Of a stretch of 45,949 nt of DNA, positions 1-12,800 are shown in pieces. This DNA comes from Octopus bimaculoides (taxonomy: Eukaryota). Positions within the stretch are counted from its first letter, which is position 1. Every line of letters begins with the position of its first letter. Location of the stretch: NCBI RefSeq assembly GCF_001194135.2, contig NC_068982.1:156907920-156953868 (forward strand). Reading direction: 5' to 3'. The notes under the pieces were generated by a model. It was not told the DNA's origin, searched no databases, and worked only from the letters and a program-made list of their open reading frames with translations. A program made the position numbers and the translations under genes.

Positions 1-104
1 TATACACATACATATACACACACATATATGATTTTAGTATATTTTTGATGGTTGCCCTTTTACTAAGTGTATTTTGTGCCATTTTCGTCAACTTTCCAGT
101 GACT

Positions 105-157
<53 letters not shown>

Positions 158-1095
158 TGGTACGTGAATGTATATATATATATATGTGTGTGTCTGTGTG
201 TATGCACGTGAGCGTTTGTGTGTCTGTGTTTGAGTGATGCATTTATGTAGATATGTATCGGTATGTATGTTTATGTATATGTGTTTTCTCTAAATGCCAT
301 CTGTTTCTGTTAAAAAGAGCAGCACCTCCTATTTAACTTTGAAAACAATGTTCGATATAGCCTACGTTGGATGCATTATGTCTACATAAATAACTTGAAT
401 TTGTTTGATATACACTCCATAACTATTGATTGTTAAGGAATATGTATATAAGTATACATATGTATGGCCGTGTATGTATTTATGGATCACACACACACAC
501 ACACATATTATATCACTTTTATATGAACGAGCTATCTGAAATATCTTATATATATATGAATGAATGATCTGGTACAAGTGGCATGTGTCACATTAATACG
601 CATGACCAGTATATGGTGACAATATTGAAGCGGAAAGTAAAATTATAGCAACTGAAAATTAAACAAATAGAAAGATGCATTGACACACACACACACACAC
701 ACACACGCACGCACGCACACACATGCACGTACGCATGTACACGCACATACACACGCACACATACACTCACACACACACACACACGTACGCGCAGAGAAAA
801 ATATTTAGATAGATAAAGAGAGATGTAGAGGGAAAGAATATGCAGTAAAAGAAGGCAAAGTATTATAAAAAGTTTAAAAATGAATATATGAGAATTGTTC
901 AGAAAGTTTCGCAGCATGAGATACGTTGATTGCAAGACATGTTATATACAAAATGTTTCCATAATACGTCACATATATTATATGTATCAACACGGTATGC
1001 ATGCACAATATATAAATAAATGTCATTTTATGCGTGTCTTTGTGAAAATATGTGTATATGCGTATGCATTGATATTTATTTACAGATGTACGTAT

Positions 1096-1097
<2 letters not shown>

Positions 1098-1194
<97 letters not shown>

Positions 1195-1195
1195 T
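1098..1195. repeat. (CA)n microsatellite, representative of many CA/TG tracts (e.g. 683-790, 2827-2913, 45282-45393)
   Basis: Read directly from the sequence. Confidence 0.97.
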
Positions 1196-2002
1196 TTATA
1201 CGTATTTATATTTATATGTATATATTTGTACAAGCATACATATATGCCAACACGCATAACATTTATTGCATTATATTTTCTCATACGTTGCTTTATTTTC
1301 ATATTTTGGATCTTAACGTTATCTTAGCAAAGTCTTTCTAAAAATCGATATGTTGTACATATTTCTCGGTTAATAATAGAATGGAAATTGAATGAAAAAA
1401 TAAATACCTATAGATAGGCTGTTTTTATTTTTAAACACATATCTTACAGATGTTTTACTAAAGTAGAGTTGCCAGGAACTTGAAGTGGTCCGTGTTAGTA
1501 TTTCTCCTTCGATAGATAAGACACGAAAATGGATGCTATGTAAGTTGTTCCAGACATTTGAATAAGCCTGGAATATATGGAAAATTCGGTGTAAAATTTG
1601 AAAGTGTTAACATTATGAAAGTAATGTATTGAAGAGTTATTGTGATAATCTTAAGAAACTTTACACTGATTATACAATGTACAAGATATTGCTATCATTT
1701 TAGACATAGGCTAAATACGAAGTAACCGAACGGAATATAGAAAGTAAAATATTCTTTTCTGGTTTTGAACTGGAAAGTAAAAGAATAACAAGAAAGTGAA
1801 ATAGAACCTTATATTTTATACTCTGTGTAAATTTTTTTAAGGGATGCATGTATTTTCAGAACTTTTTTTTTTGTTTCTATTTCCGCTTTGTTTCTGGAAA
1901 TTTATGACAACCCATTGAATATGGCTATTACACGCACACACACGCACACACACACACACACAAACGTGCATGGCCACAGGCATATTCATACATATTATGT
2001 GA

Positions 2003-2490
2003 TGTATAGCATGTGAGGAGTTCCCCGAGGGATAACGGTCTAGGGGAGGCAGTTGTTTTCTCTGGGTAGCTCGTCATCTATCTCCAGTTTCTATCTGTTA
2101 CCCGACTTTCACCTGTAATTCCAAAAGCTGAATGATGTATAGATATCTAAGCGCATTAAGTTATTTTAATCAGTTGGTTAAATCAGATTAGGGTAAAAAT
2201 ATGATCTGATACCCACGGTAAATTTATCTGTATCCATCTTAATATTTGAGCTCTAATTTCTACGAACTGAACGGACGAAAACTGAAGTTGGTCTAACGAT
2301 TAAAAAGTTGGAATGAACGAGCGTAGTGGAATGCTAAGAGCTCAACGGAACGCTATACAGTTCATGGTCACCTCGGCCCATCCTTGGTTCAAACCAAATC
2401 TTCCCCTTGGATCAAAGTAGGTCACAAGGAAAGAATAAAGCTCACGTTTCTAAACTCTCTGTCATTGTAATCTAATTCACGTGTAAGACA
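2003..2490. mobile_element. Possible solo LTR
   Basis: Non-repetitive island beginning TGTATAGC and ending GTAAGACA (TG...CA), AATAAA near 2433, flanks TGTGA / TGTGT (4 of 5 match, possible 5-bp TSD). No internal coding domain. Confidence 0.3.
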
Positions 2491-2823
2491 TGTGTTTTTG
2501 GTATCATCCTATTGGTGGACAACGAAAGGACATATATGCAAGCATGTCACTTACTACTACGTGTATTAGGGTGTTTGCTGAACTTAATTACTAGGTAACT
2601 GAATAAGCATATATGTATGACAATAGGCATATAAAAACCATGCGTCTTGAAGCAAATTTAGCTACAAAAATAGCTTATAATATAATGACTACGGAAAAAG
2701 TTAGACTCATAGCCTGCACCATTCTGGAGCATATCAAACATGTTAACTATTACAATAAAGCAACTGACACAGACAAGCACACACACACGCACACATATAC
2801 ATGTATATCAGTATGTATACTAT

Positions 2824-2917
<94 letters not shown>

Positions 2918-2919
<2 letters not shown>

Positions 2920-3783
2920 GGGTGTTTCAAAAAATCTGATATCGTTTAAGATGTATCACAGAAACTGCATTTTCAAAGTAAATGAAACTAAACAGGCTTA
3001 ATGTTGAGCAACATATGATTTATTTCTCCAAATTTGAATGAGAAATTCAAAGGTATGTGGATTCCATGAACAATTTCACAAATGTTCAATATGTGCACCA
3101 TCTGATACACAGCGCACATCAAGCCGACAGTCCAGCTCCTTCCAAACACGCTGCAGCATCTCTTGGATAACAGTCTCTATGCGGTAGTGATTCTCTGCTC
3201 GAGTTCCTGTAGATTTACAGGAAGAGTGGGGTGGGGCGGACATAAACCTGGCCCCTCACAGAGCGCCAGAGAAAAAATCGTAAGTGACAGATCAGGTGAA
3301 CGTGGAAGCCATTTCAACAGCATATTTCATCAGCACGCGCCAAACTGTCATTAGAGAAATCTGGGTTTCCAGACTTGTTCTTATGAACTCCTTGGGGCTT
3401 CGCAAGAGATTTTGGCAAACCAGCTCAACCGTCTCTTCCAATCTTAGTGGTTGTCTAGATCTTTTTACCCTGCGTAGACAGCGTTCTTCTTTGAATTTTG
3501 TGTGATATGTCCAAATGTGCTTTGCTGTTGGTGAATTTTTTAGAGAAAACTCTCGCAAATGCACGCTGCGCAGGCTTGTTCGACTGTGTTCGAGCACACT
3601 CCAACACACAAAACGCCTTTTCTCTTCCAGTGAATACCATTTCTATACCTGAAAAGATAAACATATCAAGCATTAAACATAAAACTTGTTTCTACACATG
3701 ATGTTAAAATTTGAAGTCATTTGAACAAGAACTGGCAAAATTATTATATTGCGAAGTGATATCAAATTTTTTGAAACACCCTG
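2918..3783 (-). mobile_element. Internally deleted Tc1/mariner-superfamily DNA transposon (866 bp)
   Basis: 26-bp TIRs TAGGGTGTTTCAAAAAATCTGATATC (2918-2943) and reverse complement CAGGGTGTTTCAAAAAATTTGATATC (3758-3783), 24/26 identical. TA on both flanks (2916-2917, 3784-3785). Confidence 0.92.
3076..3640 (-). pseudogene. Transposase pseudogene (HTH/DUF4817-like N-terminus fused to C-terminus, catalytic core deleted)
   Basis: MVFTGREKAFCVLECARTQSNKPAQRAF, frameshift, ...AKHIWTYHTKFKEERCLRRVKRS...ETQISLMTVWRVL, then directly WLPRSPDL...DFFLW...LQRVWKELDCRLDV...GAHIEHL-stop (TGA 3078-3076). Confidence 0.88.
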
Positions 3784-3957
3784 TACATACATACATACAT
3801 ACATACATACNNNNNNNNNNNNNNNNNNNNNNNNNNNNNNNNNNNNNNNNNNNNNNNNNNNNNNNNNNNNNNNNNNNNNNNNNNNNNNNNNNNNNNNNNN
3901 NNNNNNNNNNNNNNNNNNNNNNNNNNNNNNNNNNNNNNNNNNNNNNNNNNNNNNNTA

Positions 3958-4191
3958 CAGAGTGGCCCAAAAGTAGGTTTACAGTTACTACATAGGCACT
4001 TAAAATTTCTTTTAAAACCTTTTATTACATTTAAATTTTTATCGTACAAACGAAAAAGGGAGCTCGACAAAATTAACTAAATTAGCATAGAATAATGGTT
4101 TCATGCATTTTTATAATTAAGGACTAAACTGTTAATATATGAATGCGAAAGAGATAGTTGAATAACTGTAAACCTATTTTGGGCCACCCTG
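3958..4191. mobile_element. MITE, Tc1/mariner-derived (234 bp)
   Basis: Left TIR CAGAGTGGCCCAAAAGTAGGTTTACAGTTA, right TIR reverse complement CAGGGTGGCCCAAAATAGGTTTACAGTTA. TA at 3956-3957 and 4192-4193. AT-rich non-coding interior. Confidence 0.88.
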
Positions 4192-4210
4192 TATATGTAA
4201 GTATATATAC

Positions 4211-4359
4211 ACGATGTGCTTCTTTCAGTTTCCGTATACATATCCACTCATAAGGCTTCATTCGACCGATTCTGCAGTACAGGACATCTGCTCAAGGTAC
4301 CTTGCAGTGGGACTGAACCTGAAACCATCAGGCTGGGAAGCAAGTTTCTTACCAAACAT
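4211..4359 (-). mobile_element. SINE family A, head half only (degenerate)
   Basis: Aligns by eye to 15885-16041 (CTTCTTTCAGTTTCCG...CCACTCAyAAGGCTT...CAAGGTrCC...GCAGTGGrACTGAACC). Confidence 0.8.
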
Positions 4360-5159
4360 ATCAGAAGGGAGTATAATCCGAAGTTGTATAAGAATTGATG
4401 ATCAAGACAATTTTATATGAAACACATTTTTTACAAATAAATAACTGATCTGTTTAATTAATCCTGAAACTGTATATATCGCAATAATTACCTAAGACGC
4501 CGTGCCATTGAAGTTCACAAAAATGGCTCATTGAAGGAATGTCTAAATTATTCTACAGTGAAATACTGTGCAAAGTATACAGATAGATATTGGTTGACAT
4601 AAAAATTACTGACAAACGCGCTCCAGTCAGTAGCTCTACCTCCGTCATCTCTACAATTAACAATAATGGTTTCTGCTTTTCAGTCATTAATCATCTTCTT
4701 CTCTACTTACGTCATCCTGACCAAACATTTAAAACTCTTTTCATATATTTTTGTTGTGTAAAATCCCTCAAGTACCCCGCACACGTTAAACAATAACCGA
4801 AATTCTTCCCCTTCGGAAATCGCTGGCCGTCATCTCATTCTTGCCAATGTCTTTAGCGCAGCAGTCGACCTACGACGATTTAAACGGGAGAGACATTAAC
4901 GACGTCAGTCTCACTGAGCTTTATGTGGGTTGCAAAGACCGTGGTCATCGCCCTTTACACGAGACCCAGCAAAGTGATTACATATGTGTGTGCGTGTGTG
5001 TGTTTGTGATTGTGTGTGCGTTTGTGCGTGTATGTCTTAGTATATCTCTCTATCTACCTACTTTCTGCCGACATACAGACGTACCTACCTACCTACCTAA
5101 ATACCTACTCACCTGTCTCTGTCCTGCCCTTTCGTCTATCTATTTCTCTCTCTCTCTCC

Positions 5160-5205
<46 letters not shown>

Positions 5206-6073
5206 GTTGACTCGTTTTCTCAGATTTTAGCAATATTTAGCATTTAAGTACCAACTGTTGGATAGGACTAAAGACAATCAATTTCTAACGTCAAATGAAA
5301 ATCATATATTTTGAGAGGAAGAATATAATCAAGTAGATCGATACCAGTACAACAAACAGTATGTATGGAACAGGTTAAGCTCATATACACGCACTGGCAC
5401 TTTTTTACATCGTGAACGGAAAATGCAAATGACATGCAAAAACTCATCTCTAGTAGTTCTTTGTTAGATTTAACGACTTGCTGATTCTAGACAAACAGCA
5501 GTGTGTTGATTTACTCATACTTACTACTTCAGTTCTTTCTCGATGTAGACTGTAGTCTAATGTGTTTGCTTTTTACTGATCACACGCATAATGTAGAATT
5601 GAACTCAGCAATCCTGTCATATGCAGGAAGACGAGACTATATATATATATATATATAAGAAAAAAACATCAAGCATATAAGCTAGTTCCTTACATCTTTC
5701 TGAAAGGGATTTTAGGTTTTTGTTTTTTTATCATACCTATATTGCATCTAAAAAAAATTATAGAATAAAAAACACGGTCTCCCTAAGTCATGGTAAATAT
5801 TGTGCCGTTTGCATGTGAACTATCTCATTTACATATGACTTCATCAAATAACGTGTTTGCAGCTTCTCTATTTTTTTCTTTTTCCAGTCATCATTCGTAC
5901 AGAAATCATTCTTCTTTTTAAACAGTTCCCTTAATTTTTTTCATTTGCTTTCTATTTTTTTAACGTTTAATTTTTATTCTTCTGTCATCAACATTATCCT
6001 ATTCCTCTTACCTATAAAGTTTTCTTTACATTAACCCCTTTGCAACCCTTAACTGCTCCAGGAATACCCCATT

Positions 6074-6123
<50 letters not shown>

Positions 6124-7549
6124 TGGAGCTTTTTTTTTTCTCTCCCTTATCACAAATTTTTCTATTGACATGTCACTTTAACGTGTCAAATCGAAAATAC
6201 TCCAAATAAATTTCACAAAAAGCACCGATTTGTGATCAGGCATCTTGTATAAGGACTTCATCGACTCACAGTGACATCTGTGTCAATTTCGAATCGTTAT
6301 CACCATTCAGTGCAGCACTTGTAAGAATATCCCAGCACCATGTTTTTTCAACGACGCCATGTTTTGTATTATTCTGCGCTAGCTATGGAAAACTAGATTA
6401 GCTTTCACGTGGAAGGACAAGTTATAAACATTTACAAACTACTAGCGTTTCTTTTGTTTTCGACTTGGCTTCTTTCAGCGTTAGGGATTTGATTGACAGT
6501 TTCTTCCTACAAGTAGATTGCCACAAGCACTATATATTGGCGTCCCTTGCTGAAGAATGCCAAACTATATCATATTATCAGTGAGGAAAAGCGAAGAACC
6601 TGACAGCAAACTGGCCAATCTTCATCAATTCTATTCAAAAAGCTTTAACCTTTTTTCCTCGCTTTCTTTCTTTACTTTCTGCCTCTCTGTCACCTTACGC
6701 AAGATTCAAGTGTTTTTCAAATATCCGAGAAAATCATTCTTTAGATTTAATAGTCCATAGGTGAAGATTGTATGCATATACAAATGTATGAATGCACGCC
6801 GACATATGCAAATAACTGGTTATGTCTATATGAAGGTGTTTATGTATATGCATGTGTGCATGTATATTAATGCGTGTGTATGGTGATGCGTTCTTGTGCA
6901 TGCACCTAGGTTCATGAATATNNNNNNNNNNNNNNNNNNNNNNNNNNNNNNNNNNNNNNNNNNNNNNNNNNNNNNNNNNNNNNNNNNNNNNNNNNNNNNN
7001 NNNNNNNNNNNNNNNNNNNNNNNNNNNNNNNNNNNNNNNNNNNNNNNNNNNNNNNNNNNNNNNNNNNNNNNNNNNNNNNNNNNNNNNNNNNNNNNNNNNN
7101 NNNNNNNNNNNNNNNNNNNNNNNNNNNNNNNNNNNNNNNNNNNNNNNNNNNNNNNNNNNNNNNNNNNNNNNNNNNNNNNNNNNNNNNNNNNNNNNNNNNN
7201 NNNNNNNNNNNNNNNNNNNNNNNNNNNNNNNNNNNNNNNNNNNNNNNNNNNNNNNNNNNNNNNNNNNNNNNNNNNNNNNNNNNNNNNNNNNNNNNNNNNN
7301 NNNCTGTGTGTGTATGGATACACACATACATGCACACATATAAATCATGTATATATATACATACATATATATATATATTTATGTGTATAGATATATAAAT
7401 AATAATATAAATATATATATATGGACGCATATATATATCTGTACATGCGTATATATATACATATACATACATATATATACATATACATACACACACACAT
7501 ATGCTCACGCATATATTCGTATACAAATGCATGTATCTATGAGAGAGTG

Positions 7550-7594
<45 letters not shown>

Positions 7595-8189
7595 ATGTGT
7601 AAGTGTCTGATTCCATTTTAACTGCGGAAGTGTATACTGCTGCTGTTGAGCCAACATTATCAAAATTTTNNNNNNNNNNTATAGAATATAATTTAGCTGG
7701 AAATAACCATCAACAGCTCGCACTCTGCATCGATTGCAACTTCCTTCTTTTCTATGATCATATAAATTAGAAAAAAAGCAGAGAATTGAAAAAAATCCTA
7801 AAAAAAAGAAGATATGAAATACATAGCACGAATAATAAAAAGGAAAAATACCTCAAATAAAATATGATAAAATATATTCATATGAATGAAGTAGAGATTT
7901 AAGGGGATTCTCTGTAGATGAACCGGTTTGTTTTTAAATGTTTTGGTTTAAACACAAAATAAAAAAGTAATATTTTATAATTTCATTCTATTTTTTTTTT
8001 GTTTTTAAATTCAATTTAATGTCTCGTGTTTATTAAAGTGCAGTGCGGTAGAAATAAATGAAATTATATTACAGTTTTAAATAACTTTTACATTAATAGT
8101 GGTTGTATCATTATAAATTGATTGATCATAAATATAAATATTTTCTTTCCTTTTTACACAGCCACAGCCACAGCAGCGGGAACAACAGC

Positions 8190-8224
<35 letters not shown>

Positions 8225-8544
8225 CGACAGTAACAACATCAAGATACTACTGCTATAGTAATACTAATGAGTCAATAAGAGAGAATCTCTACTCAGTGCT
8301 TCGGCATAGTAAAAGTATCAGCCATTCTCACAGAAATATTACACTATTATTTTATGAAGCAAAACAAAGAAAACACATATTTGACAATATAGATGTACGT
8401 ACATTAAAAAGAAGGGAGTGTCAAAAGTGATTATAATATTGTTAGGCCTAAATTGAACTGTGGTTAAACAGCTAAAACAACTTCAACGGTTACAGTAATA
8501 ATAGTTTGAAGCATAGTTGCAAGACCAAACACTTTTAAAACTAG

Positions 8545-8695
8545 TCTCAAATCTTTACTGGTACGTAATTTTATCGCGTTCAGAAGGATGAAAAGAAACA
8601 CTAACCATGGAGGTAACTGAACACTTCGTAAAGAGACGTAAAATTTACCATCTCACTGTTTTGTTCGACGCTCTAACGATACCGCCAATTCAGCG
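8545..8695 (-). mobile_element. SINE family B, degenerate
   Basis: ACTGGTACGTAATTTTATCG...AGGATGAAA...CTAACGATACCGCCAATTC is a diverged reverse complement of 44856-45000. Confidence 0.55.
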
Positions 8696-8955
8696 TTCTT
8701 AGAAATTAATATATGATTTATTTCCTTTCTTTTTACATAGAGACAGTATTTTAGGTTGGTATTGCATTCTTTTCTTTCCAGTTATTTTCAGTCCAGTATT
8801 GGAATAAGCCCCAGCATACCGTGGTCACCCGATAAACTTCGCTCATAGCCACATTAATTTGACTGGCTTAAGACATATGCATGTGGCAGCATATGTGTGT
8901 GTATATCCGTGTATGTGTATGTGAGTATGTGTGTGTGTGTGTGTGNNNNNNNNNN

Positions 8956-9019
<64 letters not shown>

Positions 9020-9516
9020 CGTGTCCTGTGTATGACTTTAAGCTACATCCAGCAATGGAGCAGAGGTTCAGGTTTCCCATGGATTTGAGGATTGTGGAAC
9101 CACCTCTTCGCCACTATTTTCCCCAGATATATTTTCACCTAGAGCAGTAGCCCCTATGCCAGCCACAGCTATCGCTTTATTACCATATTTGGGCTTACCT
9201 ACTAATGCATGTGGAGACTAGATCCGAAGGACTCTATGTAAGAAAACTGCATGATACAACGAAGGGAAAGCATCTGCAACAGTGCACTGTGAAGAGCAGG
9301 AAGTAAGATGAGGCAAGTAAGACATCTTGGTCGTCCACTGCATTCGCCTCCATCTATAGTCATCTCGACCTACTGTGGCCATGAGTTGAAGACAGTCGTG
9401 GTCAAGAGAATGAGGTTAACGTCACACAACACTTCTCCTCTTTAAACAAAGCCACCGCAACAAGTCATCAGTCACCCTTAAGGACGTCCTCGTCGCTCAA
9501 AAGGACGAATATGACA

Positions 9517-9524
9517 TCTATCTA

Positions 9525-9579
<55 letters not shown>

Positions 9580-9641
9580 TTATCTATCTATCTATCTGTC
9601 TATCCATCCATCCATCCATCCATCCATCCATCCATCCACCC

Positions 9642-9702
<61 letters not shown>

Positions 9703-9715
9703 ACTATCCATCTAT
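9517..9715. repeat. (ATCT)n/(ATCC)n tetranucleotide array, similar to 105-158, 20928-21015 and 33400-33515
   Basis: Read directly from the sequence. Confidence 0.95.
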
Positions 9716-10264
9716 ATTTATGTATTTGTCCGCATGAAGATACATACACACACGTACACACGCCAGCGCAAATGAATTCGTATCATCGGTAGCAGATTTA
9801 ATGGCCCCTTTAATAATTTGCTACATTTCAAAAACACTGATTCAAATGAACTATAAGTTTGGTTGTTATACTTGTTTTTAAACTGTATGTGTAAAACAAC
9901 GCACAGCCTATAAACAGCTAACGCAGATTGTTAAAATAAAAGTAAAAAAGAAAAAACACAAACAAAGAAATAAACCAAAACAACATCACAAAAACAAATT
10001 CTTTTTTTTACAAATGGTCAATACATCTAGAATAGATTATTTCAACAATACACGAATGTATTTACATTGAGGGTAACTGTCTGCATATTGATAAGGTCAG
10101 CCTATTGATAACGTCAACAAGACTCTGGAACCAGTCCAAATTCAGAAGAAATTATATAGAGACGATAAATACTTCCATTTTACACTTGTATACCACTTTC
10201 AATATATTTCTATTGAATATTTCGTTTCAAGAAGTATGTTTTGGCTTCGATGCTATCATCATCA

Positions 10265-10328
<64 letters not shown>

Positions 10329-10641
10329 CATTATTATTGTTGTTGTTGTTCTTGTTGTTGTTGTGATTATTATCATCACAATCATTACTATTATTAACAT
10401 TATGATCATTTTTTTTTTCTGCATAGAATTTTGTCGTAGTCAACAGAATTTCCAATGTTTATGTATATTTTATGTCTTCGTGGGGTAATATTAATAGATG
10501 CTACCAAAGTACTATTATATTTATAAATATCAGTCAGGATGTGTTGGATATATATATAAAATCAAAGCAGATAAATCTGAAGCGAGTACTGTTAATAACT
10601 GTCTCAGATCACGGATGTTCGTACATATTCCTCCTTATATA

Positions 10642-10980
10642 TTACTTGTTTCAATAATTGTACTGCGGCCATGCTGGAGTGTTGCATTGTAGATTTAGTC
10701 GAACAAATCGACCCAACTACTTACCTGAAACTTGTTTACTCTGTCGGTTCTGTTTGACGAACAGCAAATTTAGGGGAACGTGAACAGACTAAAACTGCTT
10801 GTCAAGCGGTAGGGACAACAAACATAAACAGAAAGACACACACATACATTTGCATATATAAACAACGGGCGTTCAGGCAGCTTCCGTGTTCGAAATACTT
10901 AAATGATGCAGTTGTTGACCCCGGGTCAGTATTACAAGCCACTTGCCCATGCCATCGCGCACTGAAACCGCCAAGATTGA
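10642..10980 (-). mobile_element. SINE family A, degenerate
   Basis: TTACTTGTTTCA...TGCGGCCATGCTGGAG...TTTAGTCGAACAAATCGACCC...TTGTCAAGCG tail block, short internal CA/TA tract, decayed head. Confidence 0.75.
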
Positions 10981-11094
10981 AACAATTTGAGAGATAATAC
11001 GACCTGTACAAATGATGTGTCACACATTAGGTTGCTCTTTCCATTAGATCGAGGTTGTCTGAATAGGTGCACGGTGCACCACGCGACATGTCTT

Positions 11095-11190
11095 GAAATG
11101 ATGACAGAGCAATGTGAGATAAAGTGTTTTGGCTAAGGACACAACCGTACCACCCGGTCTAGCAATTGAAACTACGATCGTAAGATGATT
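11095..11190 (-). mobile_element. SINE family C fragment
   Basis: CAATGTGAGATAAAGTGTTTTGGCTAAGGACACAAC...CCCGGTCTAGCAATTGAAACTACGATC resembles the reverse complement of 23820-23900. Degenerate tRNA B-box-like segment. Confidence 0.55.
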
Positions 11191-11208
11191 AAAATATACA
11201 TATATATG

Positions 11209-11422
11209 TTCTTTTATTCGTTTCAGTAATTTGACTGCGGCCATGCTAGAGCACCACATTTAGTCGAACAAATTGACCCCAGGACTTATTCTTTGTAAGC
11301 CCAGTACTTATTCTATCAGTTTCTTTTGCCGAACCGTCAAGTAACGGGAACGTAAACACACCAACATCGGTTGTCAAGCGATGTTGGGGGTACAAACAGA
11401 GACACAGAAACATACGCACACA

Positions 11423-11455
<33 letters not shown>

Positions 11456-11617
11456 GTATACGATGGGCTTCTTTCAGTTTCTGTCTACCAAATCCACTCA
11501 TAAGGCTTTGGTCAGCCCGCGGCTATAGTAGGAGACGCTTGCCCAAGGTGCTACGCAGTGGGTCTTAAACCAGAACCATGTGTTTGGTAAGCATGCTATT
11601 TACTACACAACCATGCT
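11209..11617 (-). mobile_element. SINE family A, full length with internal (CATA)n
   Basis: Colinear with 15541-16041 across head and tail. Confidence 0.9.
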
Positions 11618-11929
11618 ACAGACTAGGTGATACAGAGCAACAAGCAATGTAAGACTGGATTGCTGAGTAGATATTTTCGTAGAGATACATATAAGAAAGA
11701 GGAAGAAGATATCGATAAGATAAAAGTTTCATATTGTTTCAGTACCACTACTCTTTAAACCATACTACGCATAAACAGTTACGGGTGTCAGATATCATAG
11801 GACTTTTATAATAATGCATGTTTGGAAAACTGACAAGCATGGCATCTCAATTGACGCTTACCAGATTCACCTGTCTTACATGATAGGATGTAGGCAAATT
11901 TTGAAAATTACATATGTCATGAATGTTTC

Positions 11930-12200
11930 ATAGTCTTTTTCTATATATATACGCTTCTTGTTCTACTGGAGATAAATCAGGACAATTGTTTTGCTGATGA
12001 CACCTATTAAGGAAACAATAAGTATCCCGAACGATCCTCACATATTCAGAAAATGAACTTATCTTCAGAAAATAAACTTGAAGACATATCAACCTCGCAT
12101 TATACTCGAACCATGACATTCTCTGCCCCATCTTCTATGGGTTTGTTCTTAATCGAATTTTGGTAACTGGGATACATCATCAAAAAGATAATTTTAATGA
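11930..12200 (+). pseudogene. Decayed LINE reverse transcriptase fragment
   Basis: LFLYIY-like stretch near 11935, then TTTGCTGATGACACC = FADDT (~11990), matching the LFxIYxNDL...FADDT arrangement of CR1/L2-type RTs. Multiple frameshifts. Confidence 0.5.
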
Positions 12201-12497
12201 ACTAGGAATTAATGCTGTGTTGTTCATATACAGGTGACACTGCGTTAATATTTTTGAGCTCATTTTTGTTTAATTTATGCACGCACATGCACTCACATAC
12301 ACCCACACCTATATGTATGTGTGTATGTATGTAATATTATACATGAATATGTGTGTACGCGTGCATGCGCGCGAGCGCGTGTATATGTACACACACATAT
12401 TTATACGTATTTATAGATATAAATATTTATACCTGTCTGTACATACATATAGATATATACTCACAGATATATGTATATCTATAGATAATTATGTACG

Positions 12498-12572
<75 letters not shown>

Positions 12573-12749
12573 NNNNNNNNNNNNNNNNNNNNNNNNNNNN
12601 NNNNNNNNNNNNNNNNNNNNNNNNNNNNNNNNNNNNNNNNNNNNNNNNNNNNNNNNNNNNNNNNNNNNNNNNNNNNNNNNNNNNNNNNNNNNNNNNNNNN
12701 NNNNNNNNNNNNNNNNNNNNNNNNNNNNNNNNNNNNNNNNNNNNNNNNN

Positions 12750-12800
<51 letters not shown>

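Noticed and set aside
362-1341. ORFs rich in HT, CV, YI or LS dipeptides here and throughout the ORF track
   Set aside because: They are translations of (CA)n, (TG)n, (TA)n and (CT)n microsatellites, which lack stops in some frames.
2640-2790. Missing tail of the SINE-A head at 4211
   Set aside because: Only scattered short matches (CCATGC, GAAGCAAAT, GACACAGAC); too weak to call by eye.
6500-6560. Minus-strand CCAAT plus TATA-like promoter
   Set aside because: Such motifs are frequent in AT-rich DNA; no independent support.
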